Assembly: GCF_006345805.1 (NCBI RefSeq)
Contig: NC_043009.1
Location: 41,292,001-41,356,000 of the forward strand
Direction of reading: 5' to 3'
Source of the DNA: Octopus sinensis
Lineage: Eukaryota
Length of the DNA stretch: 64,000 bases
This document shows, in pieces, positions 11,721 to 26,240 of the stretch. Position numbers and translations under genes: made by a program. The first letter of the stretch is position 1, and each line of letters opens with the position of its first letter. Under the pieces are notes generated by a model. That model had not been told where the DNA came from. It saw only the letters and a program-made list of their open reading frames with translations, and made no database searches.

Positions 11721-14700
11721 TCTGTCTGTGCTTGTCCCACCACCACCATTTCTTGACAACCGATGCTGGTGTGTTTGTGTCCCTGTAATTTAGCTGTTCA
11801 GCAGAAGAGACTGATAGAAAAAGCACCAGGTTTAAAGGGAATAAGTCTAGGGGTCAATTTCTTCAACTAAAGGATGGTGCTCCAGCATGGCCACCGTCAA
11901 ATGACTGAAACAAGTAAAGAATAAAGGAATACCAGAAAAACGTTCCGTACCACTAAACCATGAAGGTCCTTTGAATATGTACGATGTATTTTGAGATTAA
12001 TTAGAAATTACGTTTACGTTTGTCTAACTGAAATATTTTGGTTGGATTATATAGTCATTGGTGTTACATAACTTTCTATATTTTGTAACTATTACAATAA
12101 ACTTTTCTAAGCCTGGAATTTTTGTGGGGAGGGGGCCAGTTGATTAGATCGACTCCAGTACACAATTGGTACTTAATTTATCGACACCAAAGGACGAAAG
12201 GCAAAGTCGACCTCAGCAGAATTTGAACTCAGAAAGTAAAAACAGAGTCAAAATATACAACCATTTCTCAAGGCACCAGTACACTGTTTACAGATGCTTA
12301 CATTTTTTATGTTTTCCGTGAATTTTTCACGGGTCCAGCTAGTAATTATGAATACTTTAATCCTTTAGTAATCAGATTACCCTATCAAATGTAATTTTTT
12401 TTTTTCCCCCTTTGCTTCAGTCATTCAAGTATTTTAAATCAAATATGTAGTCAAGCCTCATACTTATTCTGCTACTGTCTCTTCAAATTTTTAGTCAAGC
12501 CTCATATTTATTCTGCTAAGGTCTCTTGTTGAACTGCTAAGTTATGGGGAGGTAAACACACCAACACTGGCTGTCAAGTAGTGGTGAAGGGACAGACACA
12601 GAGACAAAGATATACCACATCCACTCTCAAGGTTTGGTCGGCCCAAGGCTATACTAGAAGACACTTGCCCAAGGTGCTACATAGTGGGACTGAACCCAGA
12701 ACCGTGTGGTTGGGAAGCAAGCATCTTACAACATAGCTAGGCCTGCACCTATCTATTTACATCGCTTTGAAATTAATCATGTATTATCTCCAAGCTTCAA
12801 GATTTTAATGTTGTTATTGTTAATTTCTCGAATGACATTCCTGAGTAGGTGTGAGAGGCTGGATATAGCAAGCTTAAATGTTGAAGGGTTAAAAATGGGC
12901 AATGTTGTATCATAGAAAAAGAATGGAAATTTGAAATGGGTAGATATGAAAAGCATTAAATATAACATCAGATAGATATATTATTATTTTCTCAGATAAG
13001 AATGTTTGGGTATTTGCTTTGCAGTACTATGCTCATATACATGCATTGATTAGGTAGAAATCTGTTAACATTAACAGTCCGAATAACATAACACACTGAA
13101 TGTCTATTTTGTTTGGAATATGAATCAGAAATATTTGAAATATGCTACATTTTTGGAGGTTTTGTTTTTGTTTTTTTTCTTCTTTCATTTTTTTTTTTTT
13201 TTTTTACAATTTTCAACTAACACATGGTTATACAAAAGGTTAGGATCACCTTTTGAAAAAAAAAAAAAAGAAAAAAATTCTCTCACATTTCATTTTTTTT
13301 CGGTTTGTTTTATTTTTTGGTGGCTTTCAATTTTTTTTTTTCTTTTTTTGCTATTTCATTAATCTTAACTTGAAACAATATTAGTATTCCTATCATACAA
13401 CAAACTTCAAATGACAAATAACGGCCGTTACAAGATGAAGTGAGTGGGGGGGAGGAGAAAGCAAAAATATTAGAGATAAACATAATAACTGTTGCTTTGG
13501 GAATAAAGTATAAAGATATCTGTTAGAACCTTATTTATTTATTTATTTAATTTTTATTCATTTATATATTTTTTTATTTTACTTTTGAATTTTTTTTATA
13601 TAATTTTTTTTTTTTCATATTTCATTGTGAGCTGGTTAATTCAGTGTGATGTAAAGAGGTGTTTGAACAAACACAGACAACAAACAAACACAAAGTCAGT
13701 GACAAAAGAAGTGTAAGCAACAGTAGAAAAATAATAAAAAAAAAAAAAGACCCAAAACTTTCTCCCAAAGGAAACCACCGGAAGCGGTAAGCTAGCAAGC
13801 TTCTTTCAGTGCATGCATTCTGTGGAAAGAATTAAAATTTTACAGCAATATTCTTGTAAACGCCAGTCAGTATTCGAGTTCAATGTAAGTATAGCAACCA
13901 ATTTGCCTTCTAGGGTTGTAGACAAGGTCAGAAAACAGATTCTAGAATCCAACAGAGAAAGGGTGGAGGGATGGAAAAGTTTAAATGATGAACGAGAAAG
14001 AGAGAGAAGTGGGGGGTGGAATACATAACTGTCTCTCAAAATATAAAATAAAATTTTTACAAAAATGAACCATAATAAGGAAGAAAAAATGGCCTCAAAG
14101 CTCTTTCATAACTAACACTACCATTAAAGTGAATGAATATGGCAAGAAACATTGAAAGAAAACCAAGAAGAAAAAAAAGAAAAAGAAAAGGGAAACCAAC
14201 AACGATCAACAAAACTAGATTAACTTCCTTCAACTTTCTTGCAACGATTACCATTTTAGCATTCACCAGAGAATAAAGCTAGTGTGTGAGCTATACAGCA
14301 AAAGTGAAGAACTGAGACAGATTCTAGACTTGCTGGTATGATACAAAGAAAATATTAGATTGGTTACTGCTAAGGTTGTAGAAAAATTTAGTTTAAAGTT
14401 GCATTTTAGAGAATTCGGCAAATATTTGTTTTCCAAGAATTTAGCTTATATTGTAGTAGAATGTAGTTTGGTGAGCTAAATTCAACCTATCATTTTGTAG
14501 ATGAACAATCAAAAGCATGAGATAGGCATGATAAATTATCAAGCATCGTTACCATCATCATTAAACAACCATGTCCCACGCTGGCATGGGTTAAACATTT
14601 TGACATGATCTAATGTGCTCAAGGACTTCATCATGCACCAGTGTCTTCTTTGGTATAGTCTCTATAGCTTGGGTGCCGTTCCTAAAGCCAACAACTTAAC

Positions 14701-15883
14701 AGCATGTCCTTGGAGCCTTTTCCATGTCACCAGCACCAAATCCACTCACAAAGTTTTGATCAGCTCAGGGCTATAGGAGAAGATATTTGCCCAAGGTGCA
14801 GCACAGTGAGACTAATACATATATACATACATATATATTCTCTATTTATATTCTTTGTCTAAATTAAATGTTTATTTCTTTTTTGAGTGATGCCAAATGT
14901 TTTGTTCTTACATTTTTTATTTTAATCTTTATCTGCCCACTCAAGGAGAAACCACTTCTAGCCACCTTCAATAGGGAGTCTCGACACCACATTTTTCAGT
15001 CGCAGCTCAAACCGGAGTTTTAGAGGCAAACCAAACTGAGCACTAATAGTACGTACCTATTACATAACGTACGTCAATGAAAACTCATACTTATGTACAT
15101 ATATACATAAATGCATACATTCATACATATTCTCGTAGAATCATGAAGGTGCATATGCCATTAATTTTTTAATGTTTCTAAATGTTGTAGTTCCTGTATT
15201 TACCTGATGAAAAGGATTTTTTTGTAATGATGAAATAACTCCATTAATCAAGTAAAAATTCGTTAGAAGCAGCTGTAGTGAATCGACACATTATCCATCA
15301 GTTGTTATCATTCATTTACATACATACATGAACAAGCACATACATACATACATACATATAGATCACTGCGTCACTGCATCTACCAGCTTACTGGTTGCTG
15401 TTATTCACTGCTTGTTACAATGCACTTCCTCACATTATTTTAGCTTTCAAGTGATGCCACCCTACTGTCAAGGTGGGCAGGCCAACATACCCCATGAACT
15501 GAACGCCAGTCAATCACTGGCGCATTTATATCTGAGTGAACTGGAGCAATGTGAAATGAAGAGTCTTGCTCAAGAACGCAATGTACTGCCAGTCTGGGAA
15601 TCGAAACCACAATCTTGCAATTGTAAGAGCAACACCCTAACCACTAGGCCACAGGCACACACACATGTACAACAGGCTTTTTTCTGTCTCCCACATCCAA
15701 ATCTAATCACAAGGTTTCCGTATGAATATTTCAAACAATAAAACACCAAAAAAGCTGTGATTCCTATTTTAGAGAATAAAATTTAATGAACTTTAAATCT
15801 TCAATATTTTCTGAACTACCCATGCTTGAGTAATATTAGATCTATTCTACAGTAAATACATGTTTCTTTTTCTTTTCAACAGA

Positions 15884-15930
<47 letters not shown>

Positions 15931-16994
15931 TAAATAATAATAAACTCAAGGCATGAGTTAGCAACAAAGTTTTTAGAGAACTAAAAACACAGATGACTAA
16001 GCTAGCTTCTGCAAAAGCCAGAGCAGTTTAAATGCCAACTCTTTAGGCAAGTAACAACAAACCTTTTTGCATTTTTATTTTAAAATGCAAAACAACTGTC
16101 ACTATTAAGCGAAGCAAAAATGAAATATAAAAAATAAACGCAAAACAAAAACATCATAAAATAAAACTCTTGGATTTTCACTTTTAAACTTCAGGATATT
16201 TTTATAAAACTTTATAAAACTATTTTATCTTGGATTTGAAAAAGTAAATGCACTATAGCATCCAACAAGGCTTATAATATATGTGGGGGCGGGGGAGTAA
16301 ATCATCATCGTGTGGTTAAGAAGCTTGCTCTGCCACCCTGTGATTTCTGGTTCAATCCCATCCCACAATGTGGCTTCATAGACAAGTGTCTTCTACTTAC
16401 AGCCCTGTATAAACCAATGCCTTGTGAGTGAAATGTAAGGCAGCATGTTAAGGCTTGCCTCTTTGTGTTTAGATGTACACTAATTTTTACATGTGTGTGT
16501 GTGGGTATCTGTGTATGCCTCTTCTCACACTGTTTTTGTATCATTGGCTGGGAGAAGGGTCACTACTATCTCTTGCAGTTGATCATCCATCATTGATGAT
16601 GGTCAAGAAGGTCGAAATTATGAGATCTGGTGATCTCAGTGCTGGAGATGGTAAATGTTTATCTCCCCACTAGGAATATAAGCAAGCGTGTTTTTTGTAC
16701 CAAAAGCCAATACGAAAGTTTCTATCACAGTATAGTTTGTTCTAATAGAACATCTGTGTTCAAGTAGTGATAAATATTGCCTTTGTCGCAAATATTCTTC
16801 CATTCTATTATTTTTACCTGTTTCAGTCATTTGACTACAGCCATGCTGGAGCACCACCTTGAAGGGTTTTTGTTTGACAAATCGACTCCAGGACTTTTTG
16901 TTTTAAAGCCTAGAGCTTATTTTATTGTCCACTTTTGCTGAACCACTAAGTTACGAGGACAAACACACCAACACCAACTGTCAAAGACACACAC

Positions 16995-17030
<36 letters not shown>

Positions 17031-17059
17031 CGTATGAACTGTATATATATGGTGTATGA

Positions 17060-17480
17060 ACTAGTCTACTCATCATCATCTACCAATGGGTGCGACTCCC
17101 TGATCTCGCCCTGCTGCCTTGTGGATAGACTTTTTAGTCAAAGGCTCCGGGTGGGGGTCTCCTAAGCTAACCCTCTACTGCGGCCTAGGCAACCGGGTAG
17201 TATACACCTACTGAAAACCATGGATCCTTTTCCCTCTTTTGCCATGGGCAGGAGGAGCTCGTCAGCCATGGCCGGCAACCCTCCTAGGAGAGGGTAACTC
17301 CGACTTCAAACCTACAGCCCGAGGATCTCGCCGTCACCGTCCCAGCTCGCTAGGCCATGGCAGATGAACCTCGTGCTTAAAGGGTGGGGCCAGTTTCCAT
17401 GCACCGCACTTCACCTTAAAACTCCTTAGCGCAGGCCAAAAGACATGTTCCTCAACAAATAGATGCCCCAAAAGAACATC
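17060..17480 (+). mobile_element. Probable RTE LINE 5'UTR fragment
   Basis: GC-rich island containing ggcaaccctcctaggagagggtaactccgacttcaaacc, similar to RTE 5'UTR motifs as I recall them; no ORF. Confidence 0.55.
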
Positions 17481-17761
17481 TTTACTACAGCTTACATCAT
17501 CATCATCATCATCATCATCGTTTAACGTCCGCTTTCCATGCTAGCATGGGTTGGACGGTTCAACTGGGGTCTGGCAAGCCCGAAGGCTGCACCAGGCCAG
17601 TCAGATCTGGCAGTGTTTCTACAGCTGGATGCCCTTCCTAACGCCAACCACTCCGAGAGTGTAGTCGGTGATTTTATGTGCCACCGATACAGGTGCCAGA
17701 CGAGGCTGGCAGACGGCCACGCTCGGATGGTGTTTTTTATGTGCCACCGACACAGGTGCCA

Positions 17762-17794
<33 letters not shown>

Positions 17795-18022
17795 GGCTTC
17801 TTTCAGTTTCCAAATTCAGTCTACCAAATCCACTCACAAGGCTTTGGTCAGCCCAAAGCTATTATACAAAACACTTTCCCAAGGTGGCACACAGTGGGAC
17901 TGAACCTGAAATAATGTGGTAGGGAAACAAGCTTCTTACCACTCAGCCATGCCTTTTTTGTCTAAATGAATGGATATGAAATAAAGTGATACAAAAGTTA
18001 GAAAGTATAAAATGGCACTTAC

Positions 18023-18088
18023 CGTAAAGCTGGAAGAATATCTTGGCAACCATGACTGACCAGTAAGACGTAACAAATAAAGAGAGCT
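18023..18088 (-). CDS. Candidate exon of an unidentified minus-strand gene (66 nt; phase-2 reading ALFICYVLLVSHGCQDILPAL)
   Basis: Near-consensus acceptor tttgcatttttttctctcctcag and donor ACG|gtaagt on the - strand; length divisible by 3. All three frames are open, so the frame is not fixed. Confidence 0.6.
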
Positions 18089-20677
18089 CTGAGGAGAGAA
18101 AAAAATGCAAAGACTTACATATGGAGAAAATTTACACTCATGGATTATTTTTCAAAATGATCAAAACACAGTGAGATTAATGAATGAAAACGGGTTAAGA
18201 TTAGCATAACACACAGCATATTGTGACTGGGTTTGGGTGGTGGAAGCTGAAGCATATTCATCATATATCATCATCATTTTAATGTATGCTTGTCCATGCT
18301 CATATGGATCGGATGAAATTTTGTTGAGACAGATTTTCTATGACTGGATGCTGTTCCTGTCACCAACTATCACTTGTTTCCAGGTAAGCTAATATTTCCC
18401 TGTAATCAGGCATGCTTTTCACAGATTGGACACAAAGTATCTGCTTAAATGATGATGATATTTGTTTACACAAAGTCATGACAAAGAGACTATGACATAC
18501 ACACATTACGATGGGCTTCTTTCAGTTTCTGTCTACCGAATGCATTGACAAGGTTTTGGTCAGGTGAGGTTTGACAACAGGAAGGGTATCTGGTCATAGA
18601 CAATCAGCCTCAACAAATTCCATTTGACTCATGCAAGCATGGAAAAGTGACATTAAAACAATGATGATGATAATGATGATGATCAGCATCATCATGACTG
18701 TGTTATAACAAATATGTTAGGGAGGTGGGTGGTATATAAAAGGGTAAAGACCCCTTCCAGCCATGAATGACCATGGGATTGCACCTAGAAACTTACCCTC
18801 TGAGGCACAAGTCTGGGCAAGGTTGTTTACAGAAGACAAGCAGTCGCTCATGGATACAAACCTCCACTATCCACGCCATTGATGTTATCCAAGGGAGAGG
18901 CAAAGGCCAATACAGCTTGGCACCAGTGGCATCGCAACTCATTTCTACAGCTGAGTGAACTGGAGCAACGTGAAATAAAGTGTCTTGCTCAAGGACACAA
19001 CACTACTCAGTCCAGGAATTGAACTCACTACCTCATGATTGTGAGCCTGGTATTGAAACCACTGAGCCATTCGCCTTCACGGGTGGTGTATATCAGAAAG
19101 GTATTTCTTAGTTATTTCTCTCATTTTAAAAAATATACACTTGCCACAGAAGACGAAAAAACAAAGAAAACAAGAATGGAGGAGGCAGAGGGGATGGAGA
19201 AATCAATATGGAAATATGATGCCATAACTTATGGCATCATACCAGACATGTGTTGTAATGGAGATAAAAGAGTGAACTTTTCTTTCAAAAACTCTGAGGA
19301 CACAGAGGGTTTGGTTAGCACTATCTTAACATCTAGCAGTTTTATATTCTTTCAGCTGTTTCCGTACAGTAATTCTTCAAACACCTCCCTGTTGTAACTG
19401 TGTCTTTTCAGAAACTCTTGTTAGTTTCAGTTATAGTTTTATATTCTCTTCATATTGGAAATCCTCTCTTGTGAATGTCTGTGGCGAAGATTTTGTGAGT
19501 ATTTTGAGGGAGAAGTGGGGGTGGGTTATTTTAGCTATTTTGTTAGTTATTTCTTATATTATATATATATATATTTTTTGGTGTGGGGGTGGTTCTTTTT
19601 TAAATCTTCTCTGTGTAACCAAAAGTCTCATGAAAGATCTTCCAAATCTTTAATCTACAAGTTAAAACAGGCAGAGCAATGGAAGCTGATATAAATGTAA
19701 AGTGGAGGGGAGGGACGCACACACACAAAAAAACAAGGTGGCAGACAGACATAGACTACAAAAAAAAGAAAAAAAGAAAATAATAAAAACTCCCAAAGAA
19801 GAAAAAAAATTTATATTCCATTAAAAAAATGAATAAGTAAATAAAGATTTGCTGAAGATTTTAGCAGGGGTTTCTTTTCACTTTTTTTTTTTTTCTGTTG
19901 TGGAAGTTGCTGTGATTATATTTTTTTTGCTGTATACTAATCTTATTGCTATTGATGTTGTTGTTGCTTGTAAACTGAGCAGATTTGCAACATGTGAGGT
20001 TTAGTGATCAAATATAAGAGTGGGGAAGGTGTGGCCACCACACCTGGTAGGAATGGTTTGTCTTCAGATAAACCTTATATATATATATTCTGTCATCTTG
20101 AGAACAGTTAAATAGGCGTTATATTTCATTTTTTGTTGCTTCTTTTTTATCTTGATATTATAAGAATTTATGGGTGATGAGGGTGATTACTGTGATAGCA
20201 ATGATGACAGCGATGACAACAATTGCAACAATGGCGATAATGATGATAAATTAAACTATGGCAAGCTGGCAGAACCGTTAGCACACCAGGTGACATGCTT
20301 AGCAGCATTTCATGTCTTTGCATTCTAAGTTCAAATTTTGCTGGGGTCAACTCTGCCTATCACCCTTTCAAAGTCTAGCAGTGGTGAGGGACAAATACAA
20401 GCATAAAGACATACACACACACACATACTGTATATATCTTATATATATGTATGTATATGATAGATTCCTTTTAGTTTCTCTTTACTGGGGCTTAGGTAGA
20501 AGATACTTGCCCAAGGTGTCATGCAGTGGAACTGAACCCAGAATAAAACATGCCCATGCCTAGGTCTGACCCTGAAACCATGGAACTGAGAAGCAAATTT
20601 ACTATCCACACAGTTACACCTGAGCCAATACATAAGATAATTATTAAACTAGTTCAAAGCTTAATCCAACTCTCAAA

Positions 20678-20711
<34 letters not shown>

Positions 20712-21465
20712 ATACAAAACAAAAGAAGAGAGAAAATGGGGAAAGACAATATTTTCTGAGAGATTCAAAATGAAAAACACAAACATAAGACAAAATGAAA
20801 TATAGTCCTCCAAATGTTGTCATAACATTACACTCCTTGCAGACAACATTACACTCCTTGCAGACAACGCCCAGGTATAAAATATAACAAAATATATTAA
20901 AAAAATATATATAAACCCCACACCTTCAATCTCTGTATCCCTCTCTCTTTCTCCTTGTCTTTCTCTCTTTCAACATTTCGTAAAACGAGCCAGTAACAAT
21001 AGTGTCAATTGTTGTATGCTTAACTTGAATTTTTCCCCATTGCCAGATCTATAGTTTGCTGTCTTCTTAAACCAGTTTTTTTTTTTTAATGAATTTTTAT
21101 GTAAGAGTAAGAAAAATATACATTGAAAAGAAATTTTAAAATTGAGGCAAAAATACTATAATTAAATGTATATTTTAAAAATAAAATATCTAAGACATCT
21201 GCTTTCTTCCTTTATTTTTTTTTTCTTTCATTCTTTACTGAACAATAAAAACTAAGTAAAGGGGAAGGATTTCTTTAAAAAAAAATAAAGGATTTCGGAA
21301 TTTTGCTTGGGAAACATATTTCTTGCAAAAGGGAATTTAAAATTCTACAATGGCTAGAGAAATTTTTAAAAAATAGGCAAAAAAACCCCCATTAAAATGG
21401 AAAACCAAACACATAAAAGTAAAAAAGAAACAATATGTGTATGTATATAAACATATACACATACA

Positions 21466-21505
<40 letters not shown>

Positions 21506-22178
21506 ATACATACATACATACATGTGAAATATAGAGGATAACTGAGTATTTAGGAATTTCTTTTGAACAGGAAGCATTGAGAACATATAAGGATTATTCT
21601 GTCAACCTCAAGACATTTCTATTGAAACCATTTCCAACATCATCAAAATGAACTTCAGTCAAACAGGAATTGCAGGAGACTTTCTCTGTTGGGAGTTACA
21701 GAATTTCGAAAATCAGAAAAGACTCTGTTTTATTCATTCATTTATTTATCTATTTATTAACTTTTAGTTTTTCTTTCACGAAAATTTTTAACAAGAGGCA
21801 TTATTACATCGACTTTTGAAATAGGTAAGCAATTCTAAGAGGCTGCCGCTCACAACAAAATGTACCCAGCACTACAAGAAACTGACATATGAATGAAGCT
21901 GTGGCAGAAGAAAGGGCCACCACACTTAGCCTTCACGCTATTTAATTGCCGATAAATTGTACAAAAGAATAAACTTTGCATAAAGTGAATATCTAGCGAG
22001 TAAGTATATTGTATGTCTGTCTATGCAAATGTATACATACATGCATAAATACATATATACATATATATATATAAATACATATATACACACAAATATGCAT
22101 ATATATATATGTATGTATGTTCATATATATAAATGGTGACATTTTTAGAGAATATAATACATTCATATATACTTACAC

Positions 22179-22210
<32 letters not shown>

Positions 22211-22754
22211 TCTTTAAAATGTCACCATTTTTGAAGTCATTGATGATGTTCTTTGCACTGATTCAGAGATTTTTCTATTCAAAGAGGAAATCAAAACCGA
22301 AATCTGACCCTGTGTACAATTCAATACCTTAACACAATTTGAAATGTATTCTCAGAATTTTTACATTGAAAAACTTTGGTAATATTCGTATTTATTTTAT
22401 CCAACGGAAAATATTTAAATTAATTTACTCGCTAATTGTTGTACTCTAGTACAATCAATTTAATACTATAAGCTCAACGAGGCAATAATGACATAGAACA
22501 AACTTTCCCGTTTCTTAGTAAGCCACAATAGAACTAATTCTGTAATTGTGTAGTTCGTTAATATAAAATTAACATGCTAATTGTATCACTCGATAAAGTC
22601 ATTAGCGAATTTGTATTAACAAAACAATTGGCAAATGTATATGAATGTAAAAATCACTTCTCTAATTAGATTCATTAGATTATGGACTAAGTTTACAATT
22701 GTAATATATCTGTGTGTACATACACCACACACACATATGCATGTGTATATATAG

Positions 22755-22853
22755 ATATACATATATACGTCTAGATATAAGCATTTCTATGTTTGTATAT
22801 GTGTATATATATATATATATATACATCTAGATATAAGCATTTGTATGTTTGTG

Positions 22854-22885
<32 letters not shown>

Positions 22886-22971
22886 TATATACATCTAGAT
22901 ATAAGTATTCGTATGTTTGTGTGTATATATATATGTATATACATCTAGATATAAGCATTTGTATGTTTGTG

Positions 22972-22975
<4 letters not shown>
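22755..22975. repeat. Degenerate minisatellite, about 5 copies of acatctagatataagcatttgtatgtttgtg separated by (TA)n
   Basis: Directly visible tandem units. Confidence 0.85.
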
Positions 22976-23002
<27 letters not shown>

Positions 23003-24432
23003 GTATATAGACACAGATGCACACACAAAGAGCATTAATGTTGTAGCTGTGATCATGATACAAAGGTGGCCAATTTAATTACACAAAGTGAAATGAAACT
23101 GATTTAGTGAAGAATTTGTATCAGTAAAATAGCAGGTAATAAGAAAATCTGTTGTTTAAATACTAATCTTAAAATCACTATCATCATCATCATCACTACC
23201 ATTATCATTCCCAATGCCACCACAAACCATTCAACCACCGCCTCACTATAACTACCACTCCACCACTGTTATCATCATCATCATCATCATCATTACCAAC
23301 ACCACAACCACCAGTATGGCTGGCAGCAGCACCACCATCACAATTGCCATCAAAACTGCTACCAACACCATCACCACAATTACAACGGCCACCAACAACA
23401 AGATTACTACCCCCATCACCATCATAATTGATATGTAACTATCATAATGCCAGAAGTTCTCTTTCTGAAATGTTTATAAAATTCTGAATTCAATAAAGAT
23501 TTCCTTGTTAATCTATCAATAGATTAAGATTTTGCATATTTCTTTTCCTACAATTAGAACAGAGAAGGTGAATGGCCTAGTAGTTAAGCAGTTGCACTCA
23601 CAATCGCTAGACCATAGGTTCAATTTCCAGGCCAGGTAGCGCTTTGTATTCTTAAGCAAAACACTTCATATCACACTGCTCCATTCTCTCTTTAGATCAT
23701 GGGGAGAATGTCGGGCTGCTCACCTAGCCAGCAGGGTGGCATCAATTGAAGGCTAAAATGGTACAAAGTGGATTGTGACTAGCAATGTATAGCAACATCT
23801 GATAGTCTGGTCAGCCACATGACAATATATTCACTGTGGAAACAATATAGAACTAACCCTTTACTTTTTAATTTATTTTTAATTCTCTCACTCTCATCAG
23901 ATCTTTCCATGTTTGCCAATCAGGATAATGAGATAAACACCTCATCCTTACACTTTCATTATACTCCTCCTACTGCCACTCACTTCCTACTTGTTGTTTG
24001 ACAACCTGCTATTCTCACCTTTTCTTACCATGCCAACAAATAAATACAATTTGTTAATTACTTTATGTCAACGTTCTTATCAAAGATTAAGAAACAGAAT
24101 TTTAATTACGATTTTAATTGTAAAAAGCACTGAAGCTAGTTCCTCATAAAAAGCACACAGTACACTGTACAGTGGTTGGCAAAAGAAAGGGCATCAAGTC
24201 ATACAAACCATGCCAGATCAGATAATGCAGCCTGGTGTGGCTACCAGCCTTACCAGCTTCTGTCAAACTGTCCAACCTATGCTAGCATAGAAAGCGGACG
24301 TAAAATGACAATGATGTTGATGATTCTATAAACTTTCTATCTAGATTGAAATTAAGAAAAACATGAAGGCATTTTGAGTTTTTTTTATAAAATCCCTACA
24401 AGATTTGTAACTCTCTGTTTTATACACATATA

Positions 24433-25110
24433 CAGGGTGCAATGGGTAAATTGTTGTCATTTTATATTTTTAATTTTGTGCATACATTGTTTGTTTTTGA
24501 TTTTGTCAACTACACAGTATAGTAGGGTCAGTTGGGCAATGTCTGTGAGAAAAACAGCACCATGATGCAATTCACTGCCAGAAAATTGGAATTGACATGC
24601 TGTACTGCTTGGCATTCACGCCGGAAGTTCCAATATGAATATTTCAGAGTGTTTGTGTGTCAATCTGAGGACATGTACCAAAAGTGATAAAAATCAAACA
24701 TCTAGTTAACATTATGGTGTTTGGAGTGATCACTAGCAATGGCGACATTATGTCACCATTCATCTTCCTACACAGCCTTAGGCTCAACACAGTAGCCTAC
24801 ATCAAGCGCCTGGAGGAGGTAGGGCTGCCCTCGGTCAAGACGGTGGTGGGTGGAAGACCCTATGTCTGGCAACAGGACTCTGCACAATGCTACACAAATA
24901 GGAGAACCTAGTCATGGCTGTCAGCCAATTTCTACAACCACATCCACCCCCTAACATCAGGCCATGTAACTCCTCAGACTGCAACCCCTTGATTAATATA
25001 TGTGGCGCACAGTTGAGCGAGAGACCGACAAAACTCCATGTAACACCAAAGATGAACTGGAGGCAGGGATTATGACAACATTCACCAACTTAAACAAGGA
25101 GACTGTCCAG
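24433..25110 (+). mobile_element. Internally deleted Tc1/mariner-superfamily transposon
   Basis: TA|CAGGGTG start; IMVFGVITSNGDIMSPFIF...YVWQQDSAQC, followed by a decayed SSDCNPLD..MW..VERET region. Confidence 0.85.
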
Positions 25111-25439
25111 TTCGACTAAAGGCAGTGCTCCAGCATGGCAGCCTTCAAATGACTGAAACAAGTAAAAGAGTGAAAGAATAACACACATATATAAACATAA
25201 TAGATGCACACACACACACACAAATATACATATGCAACAATACATAAACGCACACACAAACATACACAGACGCACACACAGTCTATTGACTGGAGATTAC
25301 AACCCTAGATAACCTAATCAAGATGTTGAAGGAGTAATTATCAAGTATCATTGACACAGGAGTGTCAATGATACTTGTTTAATCACAACAAACACATAAA
25401 CACCAATTATATATACACACACACACATATGTAAGTAGA

Positions 25440-26079
25440 TAGATAGATGTATATACATACATATATATATGTGTATATATATATATGTACATACATATAC
25501 ATATACTTACATATATATATATATATATATATACATACATGTATATATATACATACATACATATATATATATACATACATACATGTATATATATACATAC
25601 ATACATGTATATGCATACATATATGTACATATATATATGCATACATATATGTACATATATATGCATACATATATGTACATATATATGCATACATATATGT
25701 ACATATATATGCATACATATATGTACATATATATACATACATATATGTATAAATATACATACATATATGTACATATATACATACATGTATGTACATATAT
25801 ATATATGTATATATATATACACATATATATGTGTATATATATACACATATATATACATACACATATATACATATATACATACATGTATGTACATATATAT
25901 ATATGTATATATATACACATATATATAAGTACATATGTATATATGTACATATACATATATATATATATATACACACATATATACATATATACATATGTAC
26001 ATATATATTTATATATATACATATGTACATATATATATATACACACACATGTGCATATATATATATATATGTACATATT

Positions 26080-26121
<42 letters not shown>

Positions 26122-26136
26122 CATATATATAGCTAC

Positions 26137-26170
<34 letters not shown>

Positions 26171-26240
26171 ATTATATACGTGTGTGTGCACACGTGTCTC
26201 TATGTATTATCATACATATACACACACACACACACACTCT
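25440..26240. repeat. Long compound (TA)/(CA)/(TACA) microsatellite with a 22-bp higher-order unit near 25610-25730
   Basis: Directly visible. Similar tracts at about 35740-36035, 40010-40390 and 44120-44420. Confidence 0.95.
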
